Source: Proteromonas lacertae
Taxonomy: Eukaryota
DNA: 64,000 nt
Reading direction: 5' to 3'
NCBI GenBank assembly: GCA_002245135.1
Contig: NGBS01001160.1
Coordinates: forward strand, 124,001-188,000
Notes under the pieces: generated by a model
Told to the model about the DNA's origin: nothing
The model's input: only the letters and a program-made list of their open reading frames with translations
Database searches by the model: none
Position numbers and translations under genes: made by a program
Shown: positions 38,982 to 52,200 of the stretch, in pieces
Numbering within the stretch: position 1 is the first letter of the stretch
Layout of the letters: the number at the start of each line of letters is the position of its first letter

Positions 38982-39137
38982 TTTATTTTATTAAATATAT
39001 AATTATAAAAAATAGTTGTATATAAAATTATTTTGATGGGTGTTTAAATAATTATGGGATTATTAATTCTAATAAACAATTTATAAAGTTCATATAACGA
39101 TATAATGAGTCATATAATAATGATGATAGAATTATCT

Positions 39138-42100
39138 CTAAATCTTCACTACTTTTTCATTCATATTTTCAACCATTGATCTTGTCCTACTTGATCTTCC
39201 TACTGATGAAGTAGCTCTCTTTCTAAATATTCCACTTCTCAACACACAGAATAAGACTATACAACCAACAACAATCAATGCAGCTATTACACCAACAACT
39301 ATCGCAGCTATTGTTCCAGCATCAGAAGTACAATCATCACGAACACCAGACCAAATTGGTTTAGCATCTGTTAAATAACAGCTTCTACTCATATAACCTG
39401 ATTTTCCACCACTACATTTGATTATTACTGTTTTACCTCCTGGTATTGCTATTGTATCAGGAAAACCAGAATCAGCTGAACAATGAACTGTTTCAAATTC
39501 TAAATGAATTGTCACTTTTATCTCTTCAGGAGATGGAGGATTCTTTACTGTAAATACATAGTTTTGTGCTGGTTTGATTTCTGAAGCAATTCCATAAATC
39601 ATTGCAGAATTCTTATTCAGATATATTCCACTTGGTAATGGTGGAGTTACTGTAATTGCAATATTTGTTCCAACCACTTCAAACAGTTTAAATCCATTAA
39701 TTTCAGAACCACCAGTAAATTTCTTTTCTTTAACTACAGTGTGTTCTACAACTATTGGTTTGTCTTCTATTACAAATGATAATGTAAAATCGAAATGAAT
39801 TGATTTACCTCCTCCACTTATTATCATTGTATATACTGAATCACCATAACTCTTTAATACATAACCACTTATTGTTCCACTATTTTTATCAAATTTCAAA
39901 TAATCAGGGAATGATGTAGTTAATGAATAACTGTTACTACTACCACTCACATTACAAAACTTATAATTAACATAGTCTACACCTCCTATTATTGTTACTA
40001 CTTTTTCATAATTCACTAATATTGGATAACTACTCTCTTCAATCTTTATTGTTGAATCGCCACTAATACTTCCATTCACGTTTGAGCAGATTATATTAAT
40101 CTTAAATTCACTGGATATTGGAGAAGTTACAATACCTTTCAATTCACCATTTGATTCTATTAGACTTAATCCATCAGGTAATTTGGATTTTGTAGTATAT
40201 TTCACATCTCTTCCTAAACATTGAACTGGGATAATTCCAGTGTAATTCTCAAATGGTTCATTTAATAAATCGTTACTAACTATTAAATTATCATTTCTTA
40301 ACATAAACTGCGATGGGTATTTTGTATACTTTATACTATCTACATATCCATTTAATTGAGCTGCTAATAAATTACTTTCTTCACCTAAATAAACTACTAT
40401 TGGATTTGTAGCTTCTTCTCCTGTTTTATAATTAACTATATGTAAACCTTTTGGTGTAGAATCACCATCTATCTTTATATATATTAAAGTTGTTGTTTTG
40501 CTATTATCATCAAATTCTACAGTTACAGTATATTCTTTCTTATCTTGCATAGTTGATGGATTTCCAGTAATTGTTCCTGTTGTTGGATTTAATACTAAAC
40601 CATCAGGTAAATCAGGAGTAACTGTATATCCTTTTACTACCTTATCAGTATTAGATATTATTGGTGTATTGGATTGAATATCACCATCAGTAGTATATGT
40701 TGCTGTATGATAAGTATATTCAAAATCTCCATTTGGCACATATACTAAATAGTCAGAAGCATCAACATATTCATCACTTCCACTCAATTTCACTTCAAGC
40801 TTAATACCACTTCCTTTGCTTTCAGTTCCTTTAGTATATACTAAAGCAAATCCATAAAGTCCTTTTGTATAAGCAACAGAAATATCATATGGTGTATAAT
40901 CATTATGGCATGCATGATAAATTAATGTGTTTTTCAAATTACCAAGATATAAAAATGAACTATCCACTGATGATAATTTGACTGAAGTAATTGTTTCTTC
41001 GACTTGTAAATAGCCTTCCCATCTCACTCCATATTTCATAACGAAGTTTTGAGTCAAACCTTCCCATGCTGTATTGTTTTCATTATATTCATGAGTAAGG
41101 GATTTATCAATTCTGATAAACGCTGTATTTACTTCACTGTATGATGGATCTAATTCAGTATAACAACTAAGACCATAAGATGCTTTCATATAATAACCAA
41201 CTACACCTTTATTGAATCTATCAGTAATGGCGATTGATATCTTTACATGGTTAGTCTCTGAATATTCATTATGACAATATAAATCATATTCAGTTAGTGA
41301 TTGAGCTTTTACTACTCTTCCCTCAATCTGGTTTTGACTATTAATACTCAATCCTTGTGGTAATGGTGTTGTTGTATTACATTGATATGAAGACATAATA
41401 TATGGCGTAATAAATTGAATAGATGCGTCTAAACCTAATGGTATATAATGAACTGTTGTATCAACTACTAAATCGTATATAGGATCAAATTTTTGGTCAA
41501 CTATTTATATAAAATAAATGAAATATATATATATACCATAATACAAAGGAATTGTTCTTTTAGTTGGATCTGATGTAGTTGAATATTTCATCCACATTCT
41601 AAATGACATATAATCAATATTATCACCATAATCATGTGATGGAGAATACCCCTTTAAATAGAATCTGTGTATTCCAACTGATAATTGAATACTGTTTGAA
41701 TTGTATACATCTAAATCGGCATTCCAAGTGTAACATTTATCCATCAAGTCTAATACTTTAGTATCATCAATATATAATGTTCCTTTACCTTCTGGCTTAT
41801 AATAAAATGTAAATTCTTCAGCTTCAGTAACATTTATAAAACCATCATATTCATATTGAAACTGGTCGCAATATGGAAGTAACGCATTTTGAATTAAAGT
41901 ATTCATATTTGTATTTCTAGATTCATCTATTAAATCTTTTATTTCATCAATTGCATCACTTCCATAAAAATTAACTGTTATACCTGTTGGATCTTCACCA
42001 CAATCAAAATCATTTAAACATTTAAGAGTCACATATACTCCATTTAGATAAATAGTCTCTTCTTTAATATACACTGATAATGTATATGATGTATCTCCTG

Positions 42101-42705
42101 CTTCATTTTGTGCTTTAATTACAATTCTATAAATTTATAACTACAATAAAATACTCTTGCTCTCCTTTTGTAGTATAATCTGTAAATGTTAATAATCCTT
42201 CGTTATTAATACTAACACCAGGTAAAGGATTGACAATTGAGTAAGAAGAAACAGAACGATCGGCTTTACATTCAAATTTGTTATTTATCTTATACACAGC
42301 TCTAAGCTTCGTAACAGTACATTTAAGTGATGTTGGCTTATCCCAAACTAAAATCAGTACAATAACAAAAAATATACCTGATATGGATATTACACTAGTC
42401 TTTTTTGAAGATGCTCCACTTTCGATAAATGTAACTACACACTCACCTTTGAATTCTTCAGTTGGAGTTCCTGAAATAATGCCAGTGTCTGTATCAAGCG
42501 ACAGACCTTTTGCTAAAGCAGGTTTCACAGAATACTTTCCGGTTGGCATATTCTTTGGAGCATTATCGGTGATCTTTTGTCCAACTACATAAGAAACAAC
42601 ATTTTTGTTGTAATTAAATGTATCATCTGCTGATACACCAAATACAATTACTAAAAAAAATAAATGCTCTGTTATACAAGAAATAAACCAAATATAACTA
42701 ATCAT
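39138..42705 (-). CDS. Type I surface protein with putative-Ig repeats, PA14-like domains and an HRM-like module before the TM
   Basis: Signal peptide MISYIWFISLIVFGVSA after removing a 27-nt intron; 4 introns join three ORFs in frame. LPDGLVLNPTTGTITGNP-type repeats; TM IAAIVVGVIAALIVVGCIVLFCVL. Confidence 0.85.
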
Positions 42706-43064
42706 CCCACAATTTTTTACCCCCTTAATAAAAAGTTTAAACACTGATGATAGCTATAAATAAATCATTGAAATGATTGATAATTATGTAAATACGCTTT
42801 GCAGCTATTTGTTTTACCATGCTGATCGTTGTTATAAAGAATAATACGAAGATAATCAAACTGTGAATGTTTAAAATCACACACTTTAACTTATAGCAAC
42901 AATAACAAGATCATGCAAATCATAAATGATGTTATTTGTATTTTAAAGTATTTGTATTTTCTATATTCATTTATAAAAGCAAAATATTATCCGTATTTAC
43001 GACATAATAAATAAAATAATTAAAATAAAGGGATAATGAGTTAAATAAATGCCTATTATATACT

Positions 43065-46000
43065 TCATTCTCCAATTGGTGTAATAACCTCTATTCTTGT
43101 TTCAGTCACATTATTAACATCATTTTCATTATTTTTATTACCACTACTAACAGCTGTTTTTCTCTCTGATTTCTGCTTCTTCATTCCTCTAATTTCACCA
43201 GTTTCTTCCTCTTGTTCAGCAGCAAAATAATTAAATATCTGTTCTAAGGATGTTTGTGCAAAACTATATTCTTTAATTGACATTTCATCTTTCTTACCTT
43301 CAATCAAACCAAACAATTGACCTAATTTCAAATTAGGAACATCAATCTTGAATCTTAAATATGTATCATGTCTTTCTAACAACTCCACTTCTACAAACAT
43401 CTCAATTAAAGTGTCGTTCAATTCATTTACTCTATCTTCTAATTTCCACCAATCAGCGAAGAATGTTTTACTTACAACTCCATGTTTATTCAATTCACAA
43501 TCTACTGACCAACCACTATCCACTTCATTAATTAAATTACTTCTATTTTCATCTCCTAATTCTTTACATACACTTGCTAAATCATTTCTTTTAATTAAAT
43601 CACCATCTATACTTCTGATTTTAGAAACAATCTCTTTAATATCATCTTCTTTATTCTCTTTTAATTTGATTTCTAACATATATCCTTGACCAAATCTATT
43701 CTTCAAGTGTTGAATTGATCCTAAACATCTCAATCTTCCACCTACCATTATTCCAACCAATGTACATAATGCTTCAGCTTCTTCCATTGAATGAGTTGTT
43801 AAGATTATTGTTGTATCACATCTCTTGATTGTTATATCAGCTATAATATTCCACATATGTCTTCTTGCTACTGGATCCATTCCTGTTGATGGTTCATCTA
43901 AGAATACTAATGGAGGATTTCCTATTAAGGCAATTGCTACACTCAACTTTCGTTTATTTCCTCCACTTAATGAACCAGCTGTTTTATTCACAAATTTTCC
44001 TAAATCCATTTGATCGATCTTTTCATTTACCACATCATCGATTATATCATCTGGAACACCTTTGATTTTAGCGAATAAATTCAAGTGTTCTTTAACTGTT
44101 AGTAAATCTAATAATGCATCAAATTGTGGACAATAACCTAATAATCTTCTAACTTCTATTTGATCAGTTAGAATATCTAATTTATTGATTTTGGCTGTTC
44201 CTTTTCGTTGGAATTATATCACCACTTAACATCTCTAATGTTGTTGTTTTACCTGCACCATTAATACCTAAAAATCCAAAACAAGTTCCAGGAATCAAAC
44301 CAAAATTCAAATCTTCAACAGCTATCTTTTTACCATTCCAAACTTTTCTCAAACCTCTGACTTGAATAGTTTCTTCTTTTCCACTTTCATGTGGTTCTCT
44401 CTTTTCTATTCTTTCTTGCTCTTTCTTCACATCTTCATCATCAACATATTCTCTTTTCGGTAAGTTTTTATCAGGAAATACTTTCTGTTTCAATAGAGGA
44501 TAAGATAAAATATAATCACCTAAAATAGCTAAGAAACTATACAATATCAACTGAATAAATAAAAACAATATATATCTCCCAACTCCATTAAAATCAAACG
44601 CATCATACGCTTTCATCAAATCACTCGAACTCACTTTTTTACCATGTTGTAAATCACAACTTTTATCCAATAATGATAAATAATCCAATATACTCAATCT
44701 CAATAAAGCCATTCCAAATGAATAACCTGGGAAGAACATAAAGAACCATTCTAACACTCTTGACACCATACATGTATCCTCAATCATATTCAAAACAAAC
44801 ACAACCAACATCAATATAGCCATGAAGATATTAGCGAATAAAACAATGTTTTGTGCTGATGTATGGCTTTTAAAGAAATAACATATAAAGTAAGTACATG
44901 GAGCAACAGTAACACCATAGAGTATAAACAATACAATTACAGCTCCAATATTATCAGTATAAGCATCCAGTGTGAATATATACATAAATGCAATACCAAA
45001 TATACATGGTAATACATAACACAGCATATCCCATAAGAATGTAGATGTCCAATATGCAGATAAACTTACACCACTAATTAGCTGTTGATGTTTTACACTT
45101 GTTTCTCTTTCTCTTACGATAAAAACTGCATAATAGGCTGGTATAAAGGCAACTGATAGTAATAAGATCATTGGAGTACCAAAAGCTCTGATTCCTTGAA
45201 CAGCTTTCTCTTCAACATCGGTAAATGGTAAGATCGAACCCCAAACCTTTATAGAAGCTTCTGGATTATTTGTTGTTTGTCTTAAGAAAGCTTCATTCAA
45301 CAAGTTCAAACCTATAGATGAACCATGTGTACTGGATGTATTAACGAATATATAAGTTACTGGATAAGGAGAATCATGATCTAATACTCTAGCAGCTGCT
45401 AAATAAGTGGTTGATTCATGTGCAATGTAATTATCTAATAAATATCTCATCATACCAAATAAAGGAGCAGCAAATTCTCTATCTTTAGCTAAATAATAAC
45501 AATATCTCACTTTAGCTGATTGAGTTCCCATCGCTCTGACAAATTCTTCTTCATAACACATATCTTTATCAAAATATTGACTTGCATCTATGGATATTGG
45601 AACTAATGAATCAGGATCTAAATAATCTATAATTCCTTGTTGTTTAAACAGATTTGTACTATTATCATAAGGGAAATATGTTTTACCAATCAAATTCGTT
45701 TCAACTTTTAATTTTTCATTATAATAGGATGTTGATACTGGAATAAATGGTGGTTGTGAGAAATTATTAAAAGTCATTAACAATAAACCAAGAGCCATTA
45801 ATAAAATAGGAATAACTAATTGGAATAAAATGCCTTTCAAATCTCTCTTAACATACAATAATCTCTTTATAAATAATGCTTTAAAATGAATCCAAAACAT
45901 TCCTTTCGTTGAAGCTTCTGCTCTATTAAACTGTTTATAGTTTTTACTCAACATTATTCTACTACTTCCTGATTTTCTAGCATCTTGAATATCTAATGCA

Positions 46001-49000
46001 CTTTTACGATCTTCCATCTTTGCAGAATTCAAAAACACTTCTTCCATTGTTGTCACAGACATTCCATAACTTTGAATTCCATATTCATCTTTATTATCAT
46101 CAATTTCATTCAATAACTGTGGGAATAGTTCTGCTGATCCAAATGGTAATCTAAATGAGATTTCTTTACCAACATCACTCAATATTTCAGCTTCAGGAAC
46201 CATTGTTGTTAATAGATTAGTAATCGCTTTATTCTCATTTGGATCTTTCTTTACTATTGTTAATGTATAACCTACACCATATTCTCTTTTTAAGAAATGA
46301 GGTCTTCCACAACATATTAATTTTCCTTCATTCATTATTCCAATTCTATCTCCTAATAAATCAGCTTCATCCATGAAATGAGTGGTTAATATAATGATTC
46401 TTCCTTCTTTATTACTTTGTAACATTGACCAAGTGCTTCTTCTAGAATAAGGATCCATACCACTAGTTGGCTCATCTAAAAATACAATTTTTGAATCTCC
46501 AATTAACGCAATACCTACACTCAATTTTCTCTTTTGTCCTCCACTTAGTTTACTAGAAGGATAATCTATTTTTTCTCTCAAACCAATTTCACCAATAATT
46601 TTATCAGCTGCAGCAGGTATATCTTCTTTCTTCATTCCTTTTAATCCAGCAAATAAGAATAAATGCTCTTTTACTGTTAATTCATCAAATAATACATCAT
46701 GTTGAGGACATACTCCCATTATTTTACGTAAATCATTCATTTGAGTGTTTATATCATATCCATACATAGTTGCAGTACCACTTGTACCAGGTATTAATCC
46801 ACTTAGAATGGATAAAGTTGTAGTTTTACCAGCACCATTATGACCTAATAAAACAAAGATTTGATCTTCGTACATGTCCATATTTAAATGATTAACGGCT
46901 ACTTTTATACCATCGGGTGTATTAAATGTTTTGTAGAAATCTTTGACTGTTATACATTTACCTTGTGAAGCTAATTCTTTATACTTTGGTTCGACTTCTT
47001 CAAAATGTAATTTTTCTTCCTCTGTTTTTCCTTCTTCGATTTTCTCAACTTCGTGATCAATTCTTTCATCTCTTACTTTGTTACTTCTATTCTTCTATTT
47101 AAATAGCAATAATATATATAATACACTATCAGGAAACCAATATGACTTAGTAAATAAGAAATACCATTTATATGTAACACCATATTCTTTTGGGAAGACT
47201 TTATCCAAATACCAACCAATGAAATAATAAACAACACAATCAATAGCCATCATATAATAACCATCAGCCATTGAATAGAAATCATATTGTTTATCAAAGG
47301 TTGAGACGGTTAAACCAATACCATCAGCTTCTAATGAACAGAACGTTCTTAAACCTAAATCAAATGCAACTGGAAAGAAGAATGATAAACCAACTTTATT
47401 TTCTCTTGCCATTTCAGGATCTGAGGTAAAGATAGCAGGGAAATAGAATGCTAATGTGAAGACTACACCAAAGATACCAGCTGTTTTTGCTTTACTGAAT
47501 AAAGTGGATAACATATAAGTAAATGTTGTTACATTAATTCCATAAAACAAAAATTGACAGAAGAAGAAAAATGCATTAGAATGTTCCATCATTAAACCAC
47601 TATAAATGGATTATAATATAATAACATAAAAATATATACACAATTAATACAATAAAAGAAGCCATAATTAAGAATTCAATAAAATATGTAATTAACCAAG
47701 CCCACAATAAAGACATTTCATTTAAACCCATCATAAACATACCTTCTCTAATTTTCCTCTCTTTTTCACTGACAATTCCTCTAATTAACCAAGATGCAGG
47801 GTAAATATATGCTAATACGAATAATGTACCAAAGGCGAAGGATAAATGATCAAAGAATCGATTCTTTTGATATGCAAATTGAGGAAATGCTGAGATTCTT
47901 ACACTTTGTGGTTCATATTCATATTCGTGAAGTAAATTCTTTAATTCTTCAATGAATGAAGCGTTGTAGGGAGATTGAAGTAATTGCATTGCTGCCATTG
48001 TTACATTCATTTTCTAAATTAAATAATAATAATAAGATAAACATGATTAAAAAAAATGATGAAAAAAATATGATAATTATATATATATACCACTGATTGT
48101 TTCAGTAAATACGAATCTTTCAACATCTTCTGCAACATTGTAACAGCATCATATTTAATAGCTCCTGGTGTATTTAATATCACCTTATCAATTGCACTTT
48201 GAAGTGTAATAAATCCTTGAGTTTTAGTAAATGGAGCTCTTTCTTTCAAATCATCTCTTTCTTCTTGTGTAAATGCAAACGGTGAATAATCGAAGGATAT
48301 GAATTTATCAATATTATCAAAGGAAATTAATCTTGACCATTGACTTACTGCACCACTTTCAAACATGAAGTTTGGAGCACCAGATGAGAAGTTATAACGG
48401 ATCATATAATCATATTGTTGGTTGATTCTATCAAATTTGTTTAATGTTATTGCTAAAAAGGCTGTTTTACCATGTATATAATTATCACTTTTGACATAAC
48501 TATCAAATTCACCTTCATTAGTGAAGTTTATTGCTATTTCTGATAATTTGGGGATGTTCATATAATCTAAACTGCCATTGAATGAATTATAATAATCTTC
48601 AGGCATATTTAGATTTTCGAGATGGACACCAGGGTAAAAATTATCCACTTCTTTTATGAATTCTTCTCTTATATCATCTTCTCCAACGACAGCTATGTAT
48701 TGACCCATCCACTGAATATGAGCAAACATATCACCCAAAGGCATTAAATTACGAGCTGACATTATAAATCTATCATTTTTATATTATTCAATATACGTTT
48801 CTTGGTCTACAACTAAGGGATTCATAATGTAATAAACTGGAATTAAGATACATGCTAATAAAACTGGTATAAACTATTTAAACATTAATTAAAGTAAATA
48901 TACAATCTCGAAGAACAATCTGTAAGGATGACGAATTTTAAGCAACCAGGTCTTTTTGAGCATTAACCAAAGGTCTTTCCCAAAACTCTCACAACATTCT

Positions 49001-49031
49001 ATTGGCTAAATAAAAGAAATATACTTCCCAT
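43065..49031 (-). CDS. Full-length ABC transporter, subfamily A
   Basis: Two NBDs (LLGHNGAGKTT/LSGGQKRKLSV/LDEPTSGMDP and FLGINGAGKTT/LSGGNKRKLSV), two TMDs, and ABCA-type EKERKIREGM and TSLEQIF. ATG at 49031; one +1 break at 44202-44205. Confidence 0.93.
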
Positions 49032-49259
49032 AGCGTAAAGAAGAAATTAGAGTTTTTGGAAACACGAGCCAAGTTTTTGTAACTTAAATTGTCTAATGTG
49101 TTTATTTTTGAATTTTTACTTTCAACCTTTTCATTTTATTAATATAACTTAAGTAATTATATTTAATTATATAGGTTTAACCCAATAAACAGTTCATTCA
49201 TATGAAATGAGAATAAGATATAATCATATGATAATTCAAATAATAATAAAGTGAACTCT

Positions 49260-52200
49260 TTAAGTAGCAAAGTTTAAGACTGCACCCATTGTTGAAGCAG
49301 CTACTGAGTTCAATAAGATCAAAGATGGTTGTTGAATGAATACATCAATAGCCATTGAAATTGAAGAAGAAATTATCCAACTATTAGCTTGATTTGGAGC
49401 AAATTTTACTCCATATAATAGATTGATATAAATCATTACAAGAATGTAAATAAACACTGTTGCATTAACACATACTGTTATTATACTTCTCATTCTTCTT
49501 TGTCTTAACCATTCTACATATTCTTTCTTTCTTCGAACTTTGTTCTTTAATACTGTTCTTCTTAATAATGTTACAATCTTTTGACCTGCTTTTTGAGTTA
49601 TCTCAGAGTTAAAATCACCTAAATTATTAGCAATAACTTTGTTGTAATTAACAAATACATAATTCAAATTGATAAAACATTTCACTAACATGAACAACAT
49701 TGAAACTACAAAGAATATACCCCAAAATGCACCATATTTCTTTAATGTATCAACCAATGGAATTTCACAACTACGAGCAACAAATCCACTTGCTAATAAA
49801 TCAGGATTTAAACAATCTTGAATGTTATAATCATCAATATCTTTAAATCCACAACAATTCAAATTATTCTCAACATAAATATCAAATTCTTTCATTGCCA
49901 CATTATTATACATTGCTTTCCACATATTATATCCCATTCCTGTTGAACCATTGCTAATTGAAGCACATAATACTAAGAAGATTACATCGACTATAAACAT
50001 GAATAAATCAACTACAAATAAGAATATGAATGGAACTCTTTCAGTTAAATTGGTTGCGATTAAACTGAAGACTGTTTCTAATATCAATACGATTAAACAA
50101 GCAGTTATTAATAAAGATGGAACTCCAAATGGCATTACTAATAATGACACTATATAGAATATAAAAGCAAATATCACATAGATTGAACTTGTTGATAATA
50201 AACCTATCTTTAATCTTCTCAATTCAGGTGATGTTATTCCACTGGTGAAATAACTCTTGAATCGATTCTTCAAAGATTTTAATCTCCACCATTTTCGTTT
50301 ATTACTTATTGTCTTTGATGTACAACCATTTGCATATTTGTATAACCAAGGAACTAAAACAGTGCAAGGTAACATACACAATGTTGAGATTATGGAAGTG
50401 GAGATTAATTGAGCAACATTCTCAGCATTCATTCCAAAGAATAAAGCATTGATTGCTGTTGAAGTTAATACTTGACAAGTTAAACATAAGATTCTTTGAC
50501 TTCTATTTATCACAATTATCTCATCAGCTTCTCTTAAGGCTGGAGCTAACCAACTATGATCAGACTTCATTCTTAAGGCGAAATTCTTTACTATTGTCAT
50601 CTTGTCATCTTTGATCTTTTTAACTTCATCTAATAAACCTACACTTAAGAATTTGTTAGCTTTCTCTTGAGTTACAATTGATAATTCTTCACTGTCTTTA
50701 TATTTCGTATAACACCATGATATTACACATATTAATAACACACTTCCTAAGATTATTGGAACTAATGCATTTTCCATACTGTAGTTTAATAATAGTTTTG
50801 CATCACTGATTGGATTTACAATATTCATTTTTGGCATTATATTATCAGTTTTGATTGAGAATGAACTTAAATGAGTTGCTCCACATGTCACAAATACTGA
50901 TCCATCTTCCATCTTTTCAATATAATAAACATACACACCATCAGTTATTAATTCACCTGTTTCTTCATTTACATAACTACATTGAACATCTTTCATACTT
51001 TCTGGTTTATTGATCTTTTGTCTAAAGAATATTGGCTCTTGTGCATTTTTAATTTCTTTCTTTCCATTGTCATCATGTAAATTGATTGTTATCATACCAG
51101 ATACTAACTTTTCATCAGTATTAGAAGTTGGAACTGTATTCCATTCCACTAATTCTACTGATTTACATCCATGACTATTTGTTAATGTTAAATCAGTACT
51201 TCCTATTGAAGTTTCTTTGGCTGTAACTGATGAATCACTTGCTGGTTCTACTCCAGATCTTGGGAATCGATTGTTGTTATTATTACTATCTAATGATTGA
51301 CAAGTGATTGATATTCCATCAGTGTTAACATTAAGAGATTCACCAGATGTATTATTATTGTATATTTCACCAATATTTTCGATTATCTTTACTATGTTTT
51401 TACCATTACCTTCTTCTAATATTCGACTTTTCTTATTTATTATCTTCTCTTTTCCTTCATTCTCTAATAATGTTGAAGTAGCTTCTACATATTGTTTCAA
51501 TGCATCTAATGGTAAATTCTTTGATTTTGATTTTCCTACTTTTGTAACAGATTCACTTATTAGATTTAATAAACTCTCTTTTGCATTATCTTCTAATATT
51601 GATTTGGATAATTTCTTTAAATTGGATGATAATGTCGAATGAATATCAGCTGAATTATGGATACTGTTTAATGATTGTTTGTATGAATTAATCAATACAG
51701 TATTAATCTTTTTTTCATCTTCTACTTCATCTGTTGTATATTCACATTTTTCACCTGTATAACCTTCTTGACATACACAATATGCAGAACATCCTGGTTC
51801 ATAAGCTTTACAATTAGTCTTTGTTCTTGTGCATGAACCTCTAGTTAGACCACTACACCCAGTAGTTTGCAAATTACCATCACTATCTATATATTGACCT
51901 GGACATGGTTTTAAAGGAGCTGGACAAGATACTACACAGTTTCGATATTCAATCTTTTCACCTTCACAATCTTTACCATTACCTGAAGGTAATGGTGAAG
52001 TACAGTTTCTAGTTCGATATTGTTTGCCTATAATATCACGACTGTTATAGATTTCACATTTTGCATCACATTCACTATAATCACTCCAATTATCCCATCC
52101 TCCATCTACATCTTCTACACATGTTCCTAAAACTTTTGTTTCTTTCTCTTTTATTATTTCACATTCTTTTCCTCCATATTTGGCTTGTGTTTTGATTTTA

